NCBI GenBank assembly: GCA_013265495.1
Contig: MU058718.1
Location: forward strand, 1,364,001 to 1,428,000
Direction: 5' to 3'
Origin: Vicugna vicugna
Lineage: Eukaryota
Length of the DNA stretch: 64,000 nucleotides
The translations under genes were made by a program, and so were the position numbers. Shown here one piece after another: positions 25,551 to 39,049 of the stretch. Positions within the stretch are counted from its first letter, which is position 1; every line of letters starts with the position of its first letter. The notes beneath the pieces are model-generated. The model made no database searches and was not told where the DNA came from. It saw only the letters and a program-made list of their open reading frames with translations.

Positions 25551-28500
25551 GTAAGGCTACCACGTTTTTTTATCTTAGCTTTAAAAGGACGTCTAGCTAA
25601 GAGCTAACTTAGCTAGCTGGCTTCAGAATTTTTCAATAAAATGTATGTTCTATGTCAGTACATGAACTAGTATTGTTATCAAGACCAGGGGTCACTTGTG
25701 GACAATAAACCTGTGTTCCCTGTGTATCTCCCTGAACCTATCTATCATTCTTGAGCTTCAATGGAGGAATTGGTAGAATCTGGGCAATCATATTGGCTCA
25801 AAGGTATAGCAGGTCTATTTGTTTCCAGGGAATAAACAATGGTTAGAAGAATATTTCTGAAATGAGTAGATTTTTTTTCTATGCATTATAGGTCAAACTG
25901 TAAGACTATCACAGTGGTTGCAAAATTTTATTCTTAGTCTCAGAATCCTTTCTTTAATTAAATGCTTAAGGCCTAGTTTGGGGAAAAGATTTAAACATGG
26001 TAACTACAGGCCTCTCTGGGAAGCAATTCCTGATCTTCTGATGACACCAGTGGCCCAGGAAATTCTTTGTCCCCCCATACTAGTAAAACTTTCTTGCTCA
26101 TGCCATCATATGTACATTATGTATTAGACACAAGATAGAAATTTTAAATGAGTAAAATAAAGGTGAAATTACCAATGTTTTAATATTATTTCTAAAATTA
26201 ATAGCACAAAAATATTTTCTCACTATAATTTGTTATTAATAATATTCATTTCTTAATTGATGACAGCGATGCTTTTGAACATTATTAATACCCTAAGTCA
26301 TTTTATATCTTAAGAACAAAATTCAGCTTTAACAAGAGGGACTACAAAGTGATACTGTCTTTGATAGTTTTATATATATGTATAAAATATATTTTATTTC
26401 CCTGTTTTTATTTCATAACTGAGGGAAGGTGACATATGAATTCAGCCAATCTCCTACTGTTTGTACCTATTTGCATTATTGATAATACTTTAATATGAGA
26501 GAATTCATTTTAAAAATGTTTTTACTACTTATGTCTATTTTGTGAATTAGACAAAGTAATCTGTAAAAATAGTTCATTTAACTGGGCACGGTGATAAGTC
26601 TCAATATACTGAAAGCAAACTCACAAGTAAGAGCTATGCCAGGAACCTCTCTATGTTTTAGAATAGCTACCTCATCTTCTGCTTCTGGCACATGATTGTC
26701 TGACACATAGTGTGGGCACCAGTGTCAACACAGATATTTAAAATGATTGAGAATTATATAAATAAGTTAAGAACACAAACTCTACTGTGTTCTTTTTGTG
26801 CCCTGTGGACCATGCCACTACTGATCTAGGCTTGGCCTTCAAGACGATTAACTAAAAATTCTTGATGCTCATGGTAACTAAGAGTGATCTTTGTAAAGTG
26901 TTCCATTGGTTTCTTCCCCCCCTCCTCGCATCCTCCCATCTTTCAGGACAGACATTCCCAGGCTAGCCCAGCATTAGTGATTATCTGACTTCCATGCTCA
27001 CTGCCTTCACCTCTGACCAGAATGATGGTGACTGTAAGGCCTTCTTCACAGTGCATGATGCCTCTTGATGGATATTGGATCTTAAAGAGCAGATGCAATA
27101 GACACGAAGGAGAATGGGCACATTGTCAGCACGAGCAAAACGGAGGAGTACATCTCCCCAGTGGATGAGATGAAACTGAAGTCTGGGCTTACTGCTGCCA
27201 TTTTATCAGCAATTCCCCAGATAAATAAAAGAGATTTCTATTTAGAAATTGGTGTTTGTCACTGGGCCAGAGTAACACCAGATGTTATTTTCTTTTCCTT
27301 GAAACACACGTTTCTTTTCTATCACTTACTCTAATGCAAGTTGTAAGTGTTTGTCATTAGCTGAAGATGGTTACTTCAGGGAATCCAGCAGCTTCTTAGA
27401 ATTTGGTTTTATAATGCTTTTGCTCTAATTTGGGAACAACAATGGGATCTTAACATATAGAATTACTTTTGCCCTCCCAGTACAGTAGGTACACATGTGA
27501 TTCGACCACAATACTCTAACATGAGAAATGGCACATTTGATAAAATTTTTCCAAATCAAATTAAATACATTTATAGCTCCCATCCTGCCAGAGTACAATT
27601 CACAATCTGTCATTGTCGGGGGCCCCTATGGGGCTAGGGGAAGTCTTAGGAGTTGTGTGTGGTCCGCACAATTTGGGAAGGGCTTGCACACGCTGACTGC
27701 CCAAGGCTGCGTGGTTCCATAAAACAGGAAGGCTTTGCTGGGGCTTCAGGCAAAGCTTGAGTCCTGGGCTCCGGTTTCAGCCTTCCTTTGAAGTCTGAGT
27801 GGGGCTCAAGCTCCTGATAATCTCAGAACTACAGCCACCCCTTCATCCTTTTCCAACCCAAAATAGAAATTAACTTCAACAAATTATTCAGCCGCAGCAG
27901 TGGTAGTGAGGCCGTATTAAGGAGTCTGCCAAGAGCCCTCTGTCCCTCTCTTCCTACCAAGGGGCCACCACCACCAGGTCCTTGCTGCTACTGCCACCAA
28001 AGCTTTAGAGCCACCATGTGTCAGTCAAGTGTCTCCCACTTCCCAAATGTCACAGACTTGCTTCCACCTACATTTGTAGCTTCCTCACTGCCTGTTCTTG
28101 AAGAGGACACTGAAAGACAAATCTGGAGGACAAATGCTTTCCTTTTCTTATTGTCCTCAACTCCTCTGACTGCCGAAGCACTGTTTCTAGAGCAAACTTG
28201 TGTGGTTGACCCTTCCTCCCCTTAGAAAGAGTTCTTTCCCAGGAGCCTCCAGGACTCCTCACACAATTCAGGCCCCCCCACCCCGGGCCAGCTGCCAGTG
28301 GGCCAGGCCGCATGGACTCGTTTGCATTGCTGGGAGGGACACCTGATCCATGCACCTTTAATAGCCAGAATTAATTTCTCACACATTCTTGTGTTGGCTG
28401 GCATCATCTCACCATTTTCAGATATCTTGGTCTTGTCTTAAATATGTTGGTTTTGTTAGAGTCTGACAAAGAAATAGTACAATGGCAAAAAAAATTTTTA

Positions 28501-29389
28501 TAACTCTCATTTTAATTACTCCCAGACCATTTTTTTGCACAACTGGCTGGCTGGCTGACTGATTCAATGTAAATGGCCAGAAGGGTGGGGCCGTTTATAA
28601 CCATAGAAACAAATACAGGACTTTTACCCTAAGCTATGCTGAGTGGATAAACAAACATTGGGACCAGACAGCTGATACTGTCCTACAGTCTTTGTGACTG
28701 TTTCTGTAGAGACCCCCAGACAGAGCTCCAAAGTCCTCATCCAGCTAGCAGATTGGCTCCTTTGTTAGACCATCATATTATTTGGATTTTTTTTTAATGT
28801 TTTATAGACCATATTAAATAGATGGGCTAATGTCAAAATCAATTATTTTTATAACTCAGTGTTGAGAAATGAAACATTATTTATTATAGTAACTATGAAA
28901 CAGATGTTGTAATATATGTCCTAATTCAATAAAAAAAAAATCTGTTAAGACAGCCATTTTATGATTTTCCTAAAAATACTTCGTTGAATGTGATGTGTCT
29001 GGTCCCAAACAAAAATTCATGAAAAGCATCTCAGTATGTTTCACAAGTATTTAGCAGATATGAAAGACTTAGATCTGAAAGAGAAATGGGAAAATAAGGC
29101 ATTAGTTCGAGGGGAAACCTTGAAATCCCCTCTGTGAGCAGATGTTGGGGAAAGACAAAGAGACCCTGGTCTGCACCATCTTGGGGAGCACAGGAATCAG
29201 CCATGTGTCAGGTGAGGCACCCGGAGGAGGCAGAACTCCGTGCGCCTGCCGGACACCCCTCCGTATCACCGGAGATCTGGAGATCTGGCCAGAACAGAGG
29301 GTTGGCGAAAAACGCCTGCTCAGAGAGATTGTCAGCGTGGCTTTTGTCATGAGGAGTGAAATAATAGATTAGGCATGAAAGCCAGTCAT

Positions 29390-30610
29390 TTCTTTTCTTT
29401 TCTTATATTGAAGTAGTCAGTTTACAATGTTGTGTCAATTTCTACTGTATAGCATAATGTTTCAGTCAAATATATACATACATATATTCCTTTTCATATT
29501 CTTTTTCATTATCGGTTACTATAACATATTGAATATAGTTCCCTGTGCTATACAGAAGAAACTTGTGTATCTATTTCACATATAGTAGTTAGTATCTGCA
29601 TATCTCTAACTCCCAGTTTATCCCTTCCTACCCACTTCCCCGGCTGGTAACCATAGGTTTGTTTTCTATGTCTGTGAGTCTGTTTCTGTTATGGAAATAA
29701 GTTCATTTGTGTCTTTTTTTTTCTTTAGATTCCACATATAAGTAATATCATTAGTATTTTTCTTTCTCTTTCTGGCTCACTTCACCTAGAATGACATTCT
29801 CCAGGTCGATCCGTGTTGCTGCAAATAGCATTATTTTATTCTTTTTTATGACTGAGTAGTATTCCATTGTATAAATATACCACTTCTTCTTTATCCAGTC
29901 ATCTGTTGATGGACATTTAGGTTGTTTCCATGTCTTGGCTATTGTAAATAGTGCTTCTGTGAACATTGGGGTTCACATATCTTTTCGAATTAAAGTTCCC
30001 TTTGAATATACGCCCAGGAGCAGGATTGCTGGGTCATATGATAAGTCTATTTTCAGCCTTTTGAGGAATCTCCATACTGTTTTCCACAGTGGCTGCACCA
30101 AACTGCATTCCAACCAACAATGTAGGAGGGTTCTCTTTTATCCACAGTCTCTCCAGCATTTGTCATTTGTGGACTTTTGAATGATGGCCATTCTGACTGG
30201 TGTGAGGTGATACCTCCTTGTAGTTTTGGTTTGCATTCCTCTGATAATTAGTGATATTGACCATTTTTTCCTGTGCCTATTGGCCATTTGTATGTCTTCA
30301 CTGGAGAATTGCTTGTTTAGGTCTTCTGCCCATTTTTAGATTAGGTTGTTTGTTTGTTTTTTAAATTAAGTTTTATGAGCTGTTTATATATTCTATGAAT
30401 TAAGCCCCTGTCAGTCTCATCTTTGGCAAATATTTTCTCCCATTCAGTAGGTTGTCTTTTTGTTTTGCTTATGCAAAAGCTTGTGCAAAAGCTTGTAAGT
30501 TTAGTTAGGTCCCATTAGTTAATTTTTGCTTTTATTTCTATTGCATAGGTGACTACCCTAGGAGAACATTGCTGAGATTTGTGTCAGATAATGTTTTGCC
30601 TATGTTTTTT
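29390..30610 (-). mobile_element. 5'-truncated LINE-1 3' portion
   Basis: L1 3' UTR and ORF2 C-terminal peptides (29751-29966 ORF). No clear TSD. Confidence 0.95.
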
Positions 30611-32394
30611 ATGTCACTTTGTTGCTTTCTCTTCTCTGAAATTGTCTTCACTTAGCCATTAGCTTCAGCAAGGTGGATCTTTGGCAGTTAAGGCTTGTAG
30701 AATGCCCATTTTGTGTTTCAAAAATCATCATAATCTCATTGAGATTTAAGAAACGTCACTTTGTTTCCACCTGAGTGGAAGAAAGAGAATATAATTGTGT
30801 TCCAAACGGAATATGCCAATATCTTAAGCAGGAGCTACTCTCCCTGAAAAAAAGAAGTTTACAGAAATGTGTACAAATAGCCAAAAGTTTCTAAAGTCTT
30901 CTTTTTTGCTATTACACCTTTAACCTTCTTGTTTAATTACAGATGATTCAATCTTATTTTACAATATCTATTTCTGAAAAGTTGTATATGTATGTAGACA
31001 TATTTAATAAGGAGGAATCTATAAAAGATTACAAATTCATCATTATACTTGGCCATTTATTTAGAGCTTATCTTTGATGATATATTTACAACATTTCATA
31101 TCTCTGATCTTTGACCAACTTGAATTCAATAAACTTTAATTGAAGATTAGTATTTTCTGGTTTGGATTACGTAATAATCATTTTCTTTGTTTCAGTGTTA
31201 TGAGGTATATCAGACTCTGCTTCTTATTACTAGTAGCAATGTTTTTACAGAACTGTAATGGAAACATTATAAAATATATGTATATATTTAATAATACAAA
31301 CTGCTTTGGGAATAAATAAAGTGATGATGCCAAAATTTAATTGTTATCTGGCAGGCAGCTAAAATAAGGACTTGAAATGCTGGGTCATTAGCTGGTGCTC
31401 TAAAGTCTGAATCTGGCATGCAAAAATCAGTTGTGGAGTCAACATTTACTTCTTTAAAGTGCTGATATTTTGAAATTAACGTTGCCAAGTCTGGGGAATG
31501 CCTGAATGTTTAGGGAACCCATCTCTTGCATTTTTATCTATCCTTTAAAAATCGCTGTTCATACGGATGAGAAAATAATATGGTTGACTCAGTAGGCTGC
31601 ACAACTAGAGGAATTCCATTTCATAAAGACATTCTGCTATATACATAGTAGTATTAAGGCACTTAATCTTTAATTATGCAAGCCTGTGTTTTCTATTTTC
31701 GTTTAGCAATATGATGTTCCTCTTAATTAAATCCCTAGTTAGAAGATTGAATTGCTGTATATGCTACATGCCTTTCCAATTTCTACTCCCCTCCTTTTAA
31801 AGTTCAAATATTTATTGAGCTCCTACTTCTCTAGACACTGTGTAAATAGATAATTAGACCATAACCAACAACACTCTGGCCCTTCCTTAAGGCGCTTCCC
31901 TAGGTTACCAATTTCAAAGATTTTGAATGCCATACATATGCTGAATAGAAAACTCATGTTGAATCAATTTAGTCTTTGATGATTCAGAAGATACTTTCAG
32001 ATCTTTCAGTCATCAAGGTCATATTATGAGCATCATTTATCATGCTATAATCAAAGCCTTGACATTCTTGTTAATTGCTTTCAATCTGGTAGTCTGCAGT
32101 TAAGAGTGTATTGCTTGTTGCACACAGCATTTCATAGCTGAGAATATCAGAGCACAATGAACGTTTGAAAACTTCCACGAGCTGTTAAGGGAAAAAGAAA
32201 GATAGCCTTCTTCTGGTATAAACAGGAAACAGTGTCTTTTACCATTTATTCAACAGAATTTGTTGAATGCTTACTGTACAAAGCTGCATACCCCGTTGTT
32301 AAGTGACCCCCTTGCTTCCACAGAAGCCAACATAGTTGTTTGTCTTATACCAGCATCCTGTCTTTTATTAGAGAAGCTGCTCTAAGAATAGAAA

Positions 32395-32605
32395 GTTAAC
32401 ATTGATGGAACTCCTGTTGTGTCCAGGCATCATTGTATAATCTTACAAAAATTAACCCAGATCCTTATAACAGCATTGCAAAGTAGATTTTTATCATTCT
32501 TCTTCATAGAAACAAATTCAGAGAGGTTATGCCAAGCTTCCTTCAAGTCTCTCTAATATTGAGTGACAGAGTCAGAAAACCCAGGCTGGTTTGATTCTAA
32601 GAACT
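32395..32605 (-). mobile_element. MIR SINE
   Basis: Antisense MIR pattern (aacattgatgg...tgtgtccaggcatc...agagaggtta...gtgacagagtcagaa...cccaggctgg). Confidence 0.6.
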
Positions 32606-34849
32606 TGTTTCCAAATTTTAAAAAATGAATGGATTGTCTCATTTAGATTCGGCTCCACTTCAAGAAGTGCCTTTTTTTTTTTTCCAGCAAGGTTGTAAGT
32701 CATAGAAGTAATGTTGAGTGGGTAGGGCTCAGAGGACGGAGGGCTTCCCTTGAAAGACTCTGTGGATGTGGGAAGTTAGTCTGGCCAAGAAATGAAATCT
32801 GAGAAGGATCATAGAAGGGAAATGAGGTGGTATACCTGGTAACAGTGAATTCCTTCCTCTGGGCAGCATGAATGTACCAGAGAGGAGTAAGCCGGAGGGT
32901 AACTGCCTCTTGATCTGGTAGCTTCCCCAAAGTCAGAACATGAAAAGACACCAAAGGTGAGCCTCGGGCTGACGCAGAGTAAAGACTGGTTAAACTGAAG
33001 AGGAGCCGAGAGAGAAACTAAGTTCTAACCATAGATAGATGTTTTTGCTGATTCATACTAATTTTTTTTTCCTCAGGAGCATGGAAATTTGTTTATTACC
33101 ATGTTTATAAGTTACAGGATAAAGGAAAAATTTTTTTAATATGGTGTTTTGGGTTAATTGAACTTTTAATCTGACTTTATGGAAAGGATGCTTGCTCCAC
33201 TTCCTGATATTCCCAGGAGTACTAGGAAAGGGGCAGGAAAACAAGCCACCTCGCAGTCCTCCCGAGCCACACTCATCACATGTTACTAAGAAGTGTGTAC
33301 GACTAGTTAATAATTTAGTGCACATTACTAAGGAGTGTTCACTGAATATAAATTGAACTATACATTATTAATACATATTTTCTAATTACTAATTTACTGC
33401 AGATTACTAATAGATTTACATCTGAGATGTCCTCTGGGATCTAATGCTCCTTGGAGATTCTAGTAAACTTGGTTTAAAATGCTGTTTTCAAGGCTTACGA
33501 GGATCTAGAGCATCACTGCCTTGAATCCTGGGTACTATCTACAAATTCTTGAGAATTTTTTTTTTCCAGACCTTTTTTGTTTCCACACCTGGGTCGGCGA
33601 AGTGTATAATCTTGTGCAGAGAATTAAAACTTGCACAGTTTTTGTAGACTTGACTAAAATCAAGGACTACTATCTTCAGGGACATCTTTGTGGTAATTAA
33701 ATATGTAAATAATGAGTCTATAACAATGTATGTCTAAAGTTACAACAATGAATCAGAGGCTAAAAAAGATTCAGTGCATAAGGTACGTATGTGAAGTAAT
33801 GATGAATAGGAAGAGAATTTTAGCATAACCATGGGACAGAAGGAGGAGAAATTATAAATCTTGATTCAGAATCTTAGCTGGATAATTTGTATGCTAGTAC
33901 ATATGACTGGCAATGCAGACCTATCTATAGAAATTTAAGGAAATACAGGAAAAAGCTTGGGTGGGAAGGCTGTATAAATCAGAGATAAATATATACCAAG
34001 GAAGCAGAAAAGGCCTACAGTTAGAAAATATCTTTATTAATCTGCTCCCACAAGAAAGTTGACAAGGCAAGATAGGAAATAAAGAAAGAAATACCCAAGA
34101 TAGGATAATTCATAACTGCATTGTATGGGGTCACACATAATTCAATGCTTGCTTTAGAATCTATAGGAGATTATTTTATGACATAGAACATGAAGACCCA
34201 AAAAGCAGACACGTTTTCAAAAATTATGTTGGAAGGCAGAAAGGAGAGCAATGTTTTGGAAAATAACCAGAATTAATGAATTTCAGGATTCTGAGCAAAG
34301 GAAGGTTAAAAGTCAGTGAATCAATAAGATCATAGTTCATTTCATATATTTGTCATCATTTCTTTGCTTGTTCTTTCATTGTTTTGATTGATGTTCAGAG
34401 CCCCTGTTCAAGGCATTTTTGAAGATACTTGCTTTTCTAGTTAAATACATATCGTAGTAGACCCACTATTTACATATTTAGTTACCACAAAGATGTTCCC
34501 AAAGACAGTATTCCTTGATTGTAGTGAAGTCTACAAAGCTTGTGCGAGTTTTAATTCTCTGCACAACATTATACACTTTGCCCACCCAGGTTTGGAAACA
34601 GAAAAGATCTTGAAAAAAAAAAAGTTCTCAAGAATTTGTAGATATAAGCACCATAGTGGATGGTTTGAAGTCCTGAAATGGGAAGAGAGGCTGAGAATTT
34701 TCTAAATTTGAGGGGCAACTTCATTTATTATATATATATTTTTAAGTTAAATACAGTAAAGTTAATGAATCTCAAGTGACAATTTAATAAATTTATACAT
34801 ATATTCTCCAAGCTGAAGAACTTCATTTATTGTAGTGCAATTCTATTGG

Positions 34850-36480
34850 AAATAAATTCAGTCTTTTGCTTCTAATTTGCCTGCACTTTTCAAAGATATT
34901 TTCTCTAGGTATTAAATCGTGGGTTGGTATCCTTATTCCTTCAGCTCTTCAAACACGTCATTCCATTGTTCCCTGCATCCATGGGTTTTGCTGAGAAGTC
35001 ATCTTTAATTCTTGTTGTTGTCCCTCTGAAAGTGCTGCATCTCCTTTTTCCAGCTACTTTTTTTTATCTTTACCTTTTGTTTTCAGCAGTTTGACTATCA
35101 TGTGCCTGAGTGTGATTTTCTTTGTATTTATCTGGTTGGGATTCTTGAACTTGTAGGTCAATTATTGACCATTATCTCTTCAAATAATGCTTCTGCCCTG
35201 TTCTCTTTCTCCTCTTCTGAAATTCAAATTACACGTACATCAGATTCTTTTACTATATCCTACATGTCTCTTATACTCTGTTTTATCATTTGCTATCCTT
35301 TTTCTCTTTGACCTTCAGTTTGAATGTTCTTTTATTGGCCATTTCTTGCTGTGTCTTGACTGCTCTTAAGTTCATCCATTAAGCTTCTAATTTCAGAATA
35401 AGCATACTTCGAGATATTGTGGGTTTGGTTCCAGACCACCGCAATAAAGCAAATATCACAACAAAGCAAGTCATGTGAACTTTTTAGTTTCACAGTGCAT
35501 ATAAAAGTAATGTTTACATTGTACTATAGTCTGTTAAGTGTGCACTAGCATTATGTCTGAAAAAACAGCACATACTTTAATTAAAAAATAATGCTGTTGG
35601 AAAAATGGTGCCAAGAGACTTGCTCAATGCAGGGTTGCTGCAAACCTTCAAATTGTGAAAAAATAATGTATGAATCACAGTAAAGCAAAGTACAATAAAA
35701 CAAGGTATGCCTTGTTTTCAATTCTGGAAGATCCATCTGATTTTATAGATTCCAGTTCTCTCCTACAATTATTATTCTTTTCAACCATTTTGTCTGTTTT
35801 TTCCCTATATTTCCTTTAATGTATTTATTATAATTCCTTTGGGTCTTGTCTGCTAATTCCAACATTTGAATCATCTGTAAGTCTGTTCTTGTTAACTATT
35901 ATCAGTCATGATCACTGTGTCATGCTTCTTCACATGTCCTGTTTTTTGTTTTTCAAATCTAATGCCAGACTTCATATATAAAGTAACTTCGGAGATTAAA
36001 GTTTAGATTCTTTTCTCCACCTAGAAAGGTTTTCCCATTCTAGATCCAACCAGAAAGTGAGTTGAAATGGTTTTTAGCTTTAATTAAACTCAGTCTTCCT
36101 CTGGCCTCAGATGTCTTGGGAAGGAACCTTTCCAACTTTTGACCAAGAGCATGGCAGGTCCCTGTATCATCTCCCCACCCCAAAAACTGAGCATCAGCCT
36201 GCTATCTTGCAGTTTTGAGCTATGTTCTCCAGCTTTCTGGTCCCTTACCTGACAAATATTTTAACTATTTCAAGGAGAAGACCATCCCTGTGTTTGATGA
36301 AGACCCTTATTACTTTGTACTACATTGTCTCCCACATATTGCTAGCCAAACAGGGATTAATTACACTGTGCCTTTTACAAGCTCTGTAACTTCCCACAGA
36401 GGTTTGGAGTCAGCAGATGACCTGACTGGGCTCTAAAGGGCTTGCTACTCTCTGGTTTAGTTCACTCAGTCCATTTTACA
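34850..36480 (-). mobile_element. Old L1M 5'/ORF1-region fragment, interrupted by a Tigger1 derivative
   Basis: tttgctgagaagtca...ttttcagcagtttgactatcatgtgcct...attatctcttcaaata, typical of antisense old L1 ORF1. Confidence 0.7.
35399..35713 (-). mobile_element. Internally deleted Tigger1 derivative (TcMar-Tigger)
   Basis: Both Tigger1 ends are present (gcatacttcgagatattgtgggtttggttccagaccaccgcaataaag; tgctgttggaaaaatggtgcc...caataaaacaaggtatgcct) with degenerate terminal inverted repeats. Confidence 0.85.
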
Positions 36481-36588
36481 CCACATCTTTCCAAAGTCTT
36501 GAATTATATACACATATACATAAAATTATATACTATAAAAATTATATTAAATGATGTATAAAAATTATATCTGTAAAAATGACACGCA

Positions 36589-37150
36589 CAATTGATTTCC
36601 ATGGTAGTTCTGTGATATAAAGTCACTACTACAAACACTGAATTAGCAAATACTGAATTGTCACCCCTAGGGGAAATAGAGGATTAGGTTATTCAGTATG
36701 TACTGTTAACTCATTAACATTGAACTCACAGCCAACAGCACTATAACTCATGCCTGAGTGAAGCTTATCTAACACAGGTATTTTCTCCATAAGGCACACA
36801 GCCTTCTTATACTGAGGAACACTAGACAGCACTTCAGCACTACAGGGTGGGGGAGAGGGGACATTTTAAATACAAAAATCACCCACAAAAAACACATAAA
36901 TATTTTTAAAATGTCACTAAACAGATTATGAAAAGGATGCTTGTTTACCGTATGAGCTGAAACAAGACAAGAGTGTTGCCTTATTTGACCTCAGGTGGGA
37001 CCATGCATGTTGGGTGACAAATTTTTTGCCACTCTGTGCATGTGCCTGTTACAGATGACCACCGTGAGCTTTGACTCTAGCATTAAAAATAAATTTTAGT
37101 ACATAGGTGAATTCTCAAATAAGAAATGTGCAAATAATGAGGGCCGATTT
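36589..37150 (+). mobile_element. MER82 (TcMar-Tigger) DNA transposon
   Basis: aacactgaattagcaaatactgaa...ctaggggaaata...cattgaactcacagccaacagcactataactcatgcctga...aaataatgagg matches the recalled MER82 consensus. Confidence 0.85.
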
Positions 37151-37542
37151 ATATTTACATGAATATAATGTATATATTTTAATGTATATAAAATATGCAA
37201 AATATTTAAAATTACATTTATATATAAATATAAATTTTTGTATGTTATGTGGGTTTTGAAATATATATGTGTGTATATATATGTGATTGTTTTTGCAAAT
37301 TATCTGCCTTTCTTAGCTGGTACAATGGGAGTGGTGTTCTGTTGCTTTCTTTTCCATCCCACTTAGAAACAGAAGCCCTCAATCATCATTTTAAAATACT
37401 TCTAAAATTTCCTGATAGTATTATTTTGTGCTAAAAACATTTATTGCTAAAGCCCTTAGGAACTAAGGAATTGCAAGATTTAGATTTGGACACCGTCAGA
37501 TAACAAGTTATGATACTTTGAATTATTCCTTCCGTTTATAAG

Positions 37543-37577
37543 CATCACCTCATCTGTCCAGTCCCATTCTGACTCAG
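37543..37577 (+). other. Candidate 35-nt exon
   Basis: Consensus donor CAG|gtaagt at 37578 and weaker acceptor ttccttccgtttataag|C. Confidence 0.3.
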
Positions 37578-39049
37578 GTAAGTTTTGTCTTTTCACTGGT
37601 GCACATTTAGGAAAAACTGGTGATATCTCCCTATCTGTTGGTAGACAATTATTAAAATGGAAAATGTCAGTGTGACTCTTTCTGTAATTTGTAAGACCGT
37701 TCCATGGTGGTTGTTGAGGAATTTCTTATAAAATGCTGCTCTCTAAACCAGATTATAAATCATTCCTGGTTGAGACACCCCTCTTGCTGTGGGAGCAAAA
37801 TGAATGTCCTCACATCTGTTTACTGATGAGAACGGAGAGCAGGCTTCTGGGCAGATGGGACATGTATGGAAGAGAGGACAATCTGGGAGCACAGATGGGG
37901 GACCTGGGGTAGGCGGATCGAGGAGCTGGAGAAGAGACTTTCAATGCTTTGTGAGTCAGTCTCCGTCTCTGCTCTCCCTCCCTCCTCTATGCCGTCTGTG
38001 TGGGTTTTCAGAGGAGCATGGGAATGGGAGTGAAGCTAGGGGAAACAGAGACCCTACTGCACGAGCTGCAGTTAAGTGAATAACCACCGTCCTCCCTGGG
38101 ACAAGGTACCAGAGCTTGTGCCTCTTGAGGACAGAGCTGCAAAGGGCCCCAGGCAGAGGGGATCTCAGTGAAGAGTTAATTACAGGGTCTAAGGACAAGG
38201 TCTAAGGACAAAGAGTTTTTCTTTTTTCCCTAGTGACATTATAAGTGGCCTTGTGAGAAGGTCTTCCCAGGGACAGGCCTACTGGACTGAGTCACCACAA
38301 ACAAGCTCTAGTAGTAATGCTTTTTGAGCAAGTTTCCTATTAATAAATTCCCTTTATTCAGCCCTCTATTAAGGTGTAAAGAGATAGATGGTCCAATGGG
38401 CCCTGTTTTTCCTTTTTCCTATTCAGGATCACTGAGTAGGAACTCATTCCAGTAAAGAGTTAACCATACTCCCTCTCCCTACGTAAAGTGACCTGGGAGT
38501 GCTTTGACCAGGTATGTCTCCTCTGCCATGAAAAAGGCATCTGCTGCCCCCCTGGAACTCTGGCCTAGATTGTTCCCTTCGAAGTGTCCATGTAAGGCCG
38601 AGCAGACAGGAGACGGGAATCATTTCAAGATGATGAGATGGCTGTGAGCCCACAGCTAGGGGGAAAAAGATTTTCCCTTAATCAGATGAAAAGCAATAAC
38701 ATTCTATCATAATATATATAATGTTTACAAACACTGTAAATTAATATATATGTGTGTGTACATATATATCTGTGTTTGTGTGTGTGTATGATTTCTGAGG
38801 GCAAAGCACACAGGGCCTCTTTAGATATGCCTCATTCATTTCCTGGAACTTGCAGTCAGGTCACCCACAGGAAGAAAATAAAAGTCTATAGATAAAACCC
38901 AAAGGGTGCTGCTATTTTGTGCTTTCTGGGTATCGGTAGGATGAAAATTCTACACTTTAACTTAGAAATGTTGCAGTAGTTCTGAAAGCACAGTGAACCC
39001 ATAATATGGTAGTTCAGGCATTGGGGGTTCTGAAGTATTCAGTGTCTCA

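Noticed and set aside
33278..33420. CRISPR-like repeat-spacer array
   Set aside because: The repeats are short and degenerate, the context is mammalian, and there are no cas genes.
33650..34320. Possible ancient CR1/L3 ORF2 remnant
   Set aside because: Purine-rich and suggestive, but too decayed to call without a profile-HMM search.
38186..38211. 13-bp direct duplication ggtctaaggacaa x2 (similar 14-bp case at ~50836)
   Set aside because: Ordinary slippage micro-duplications with no further structure.
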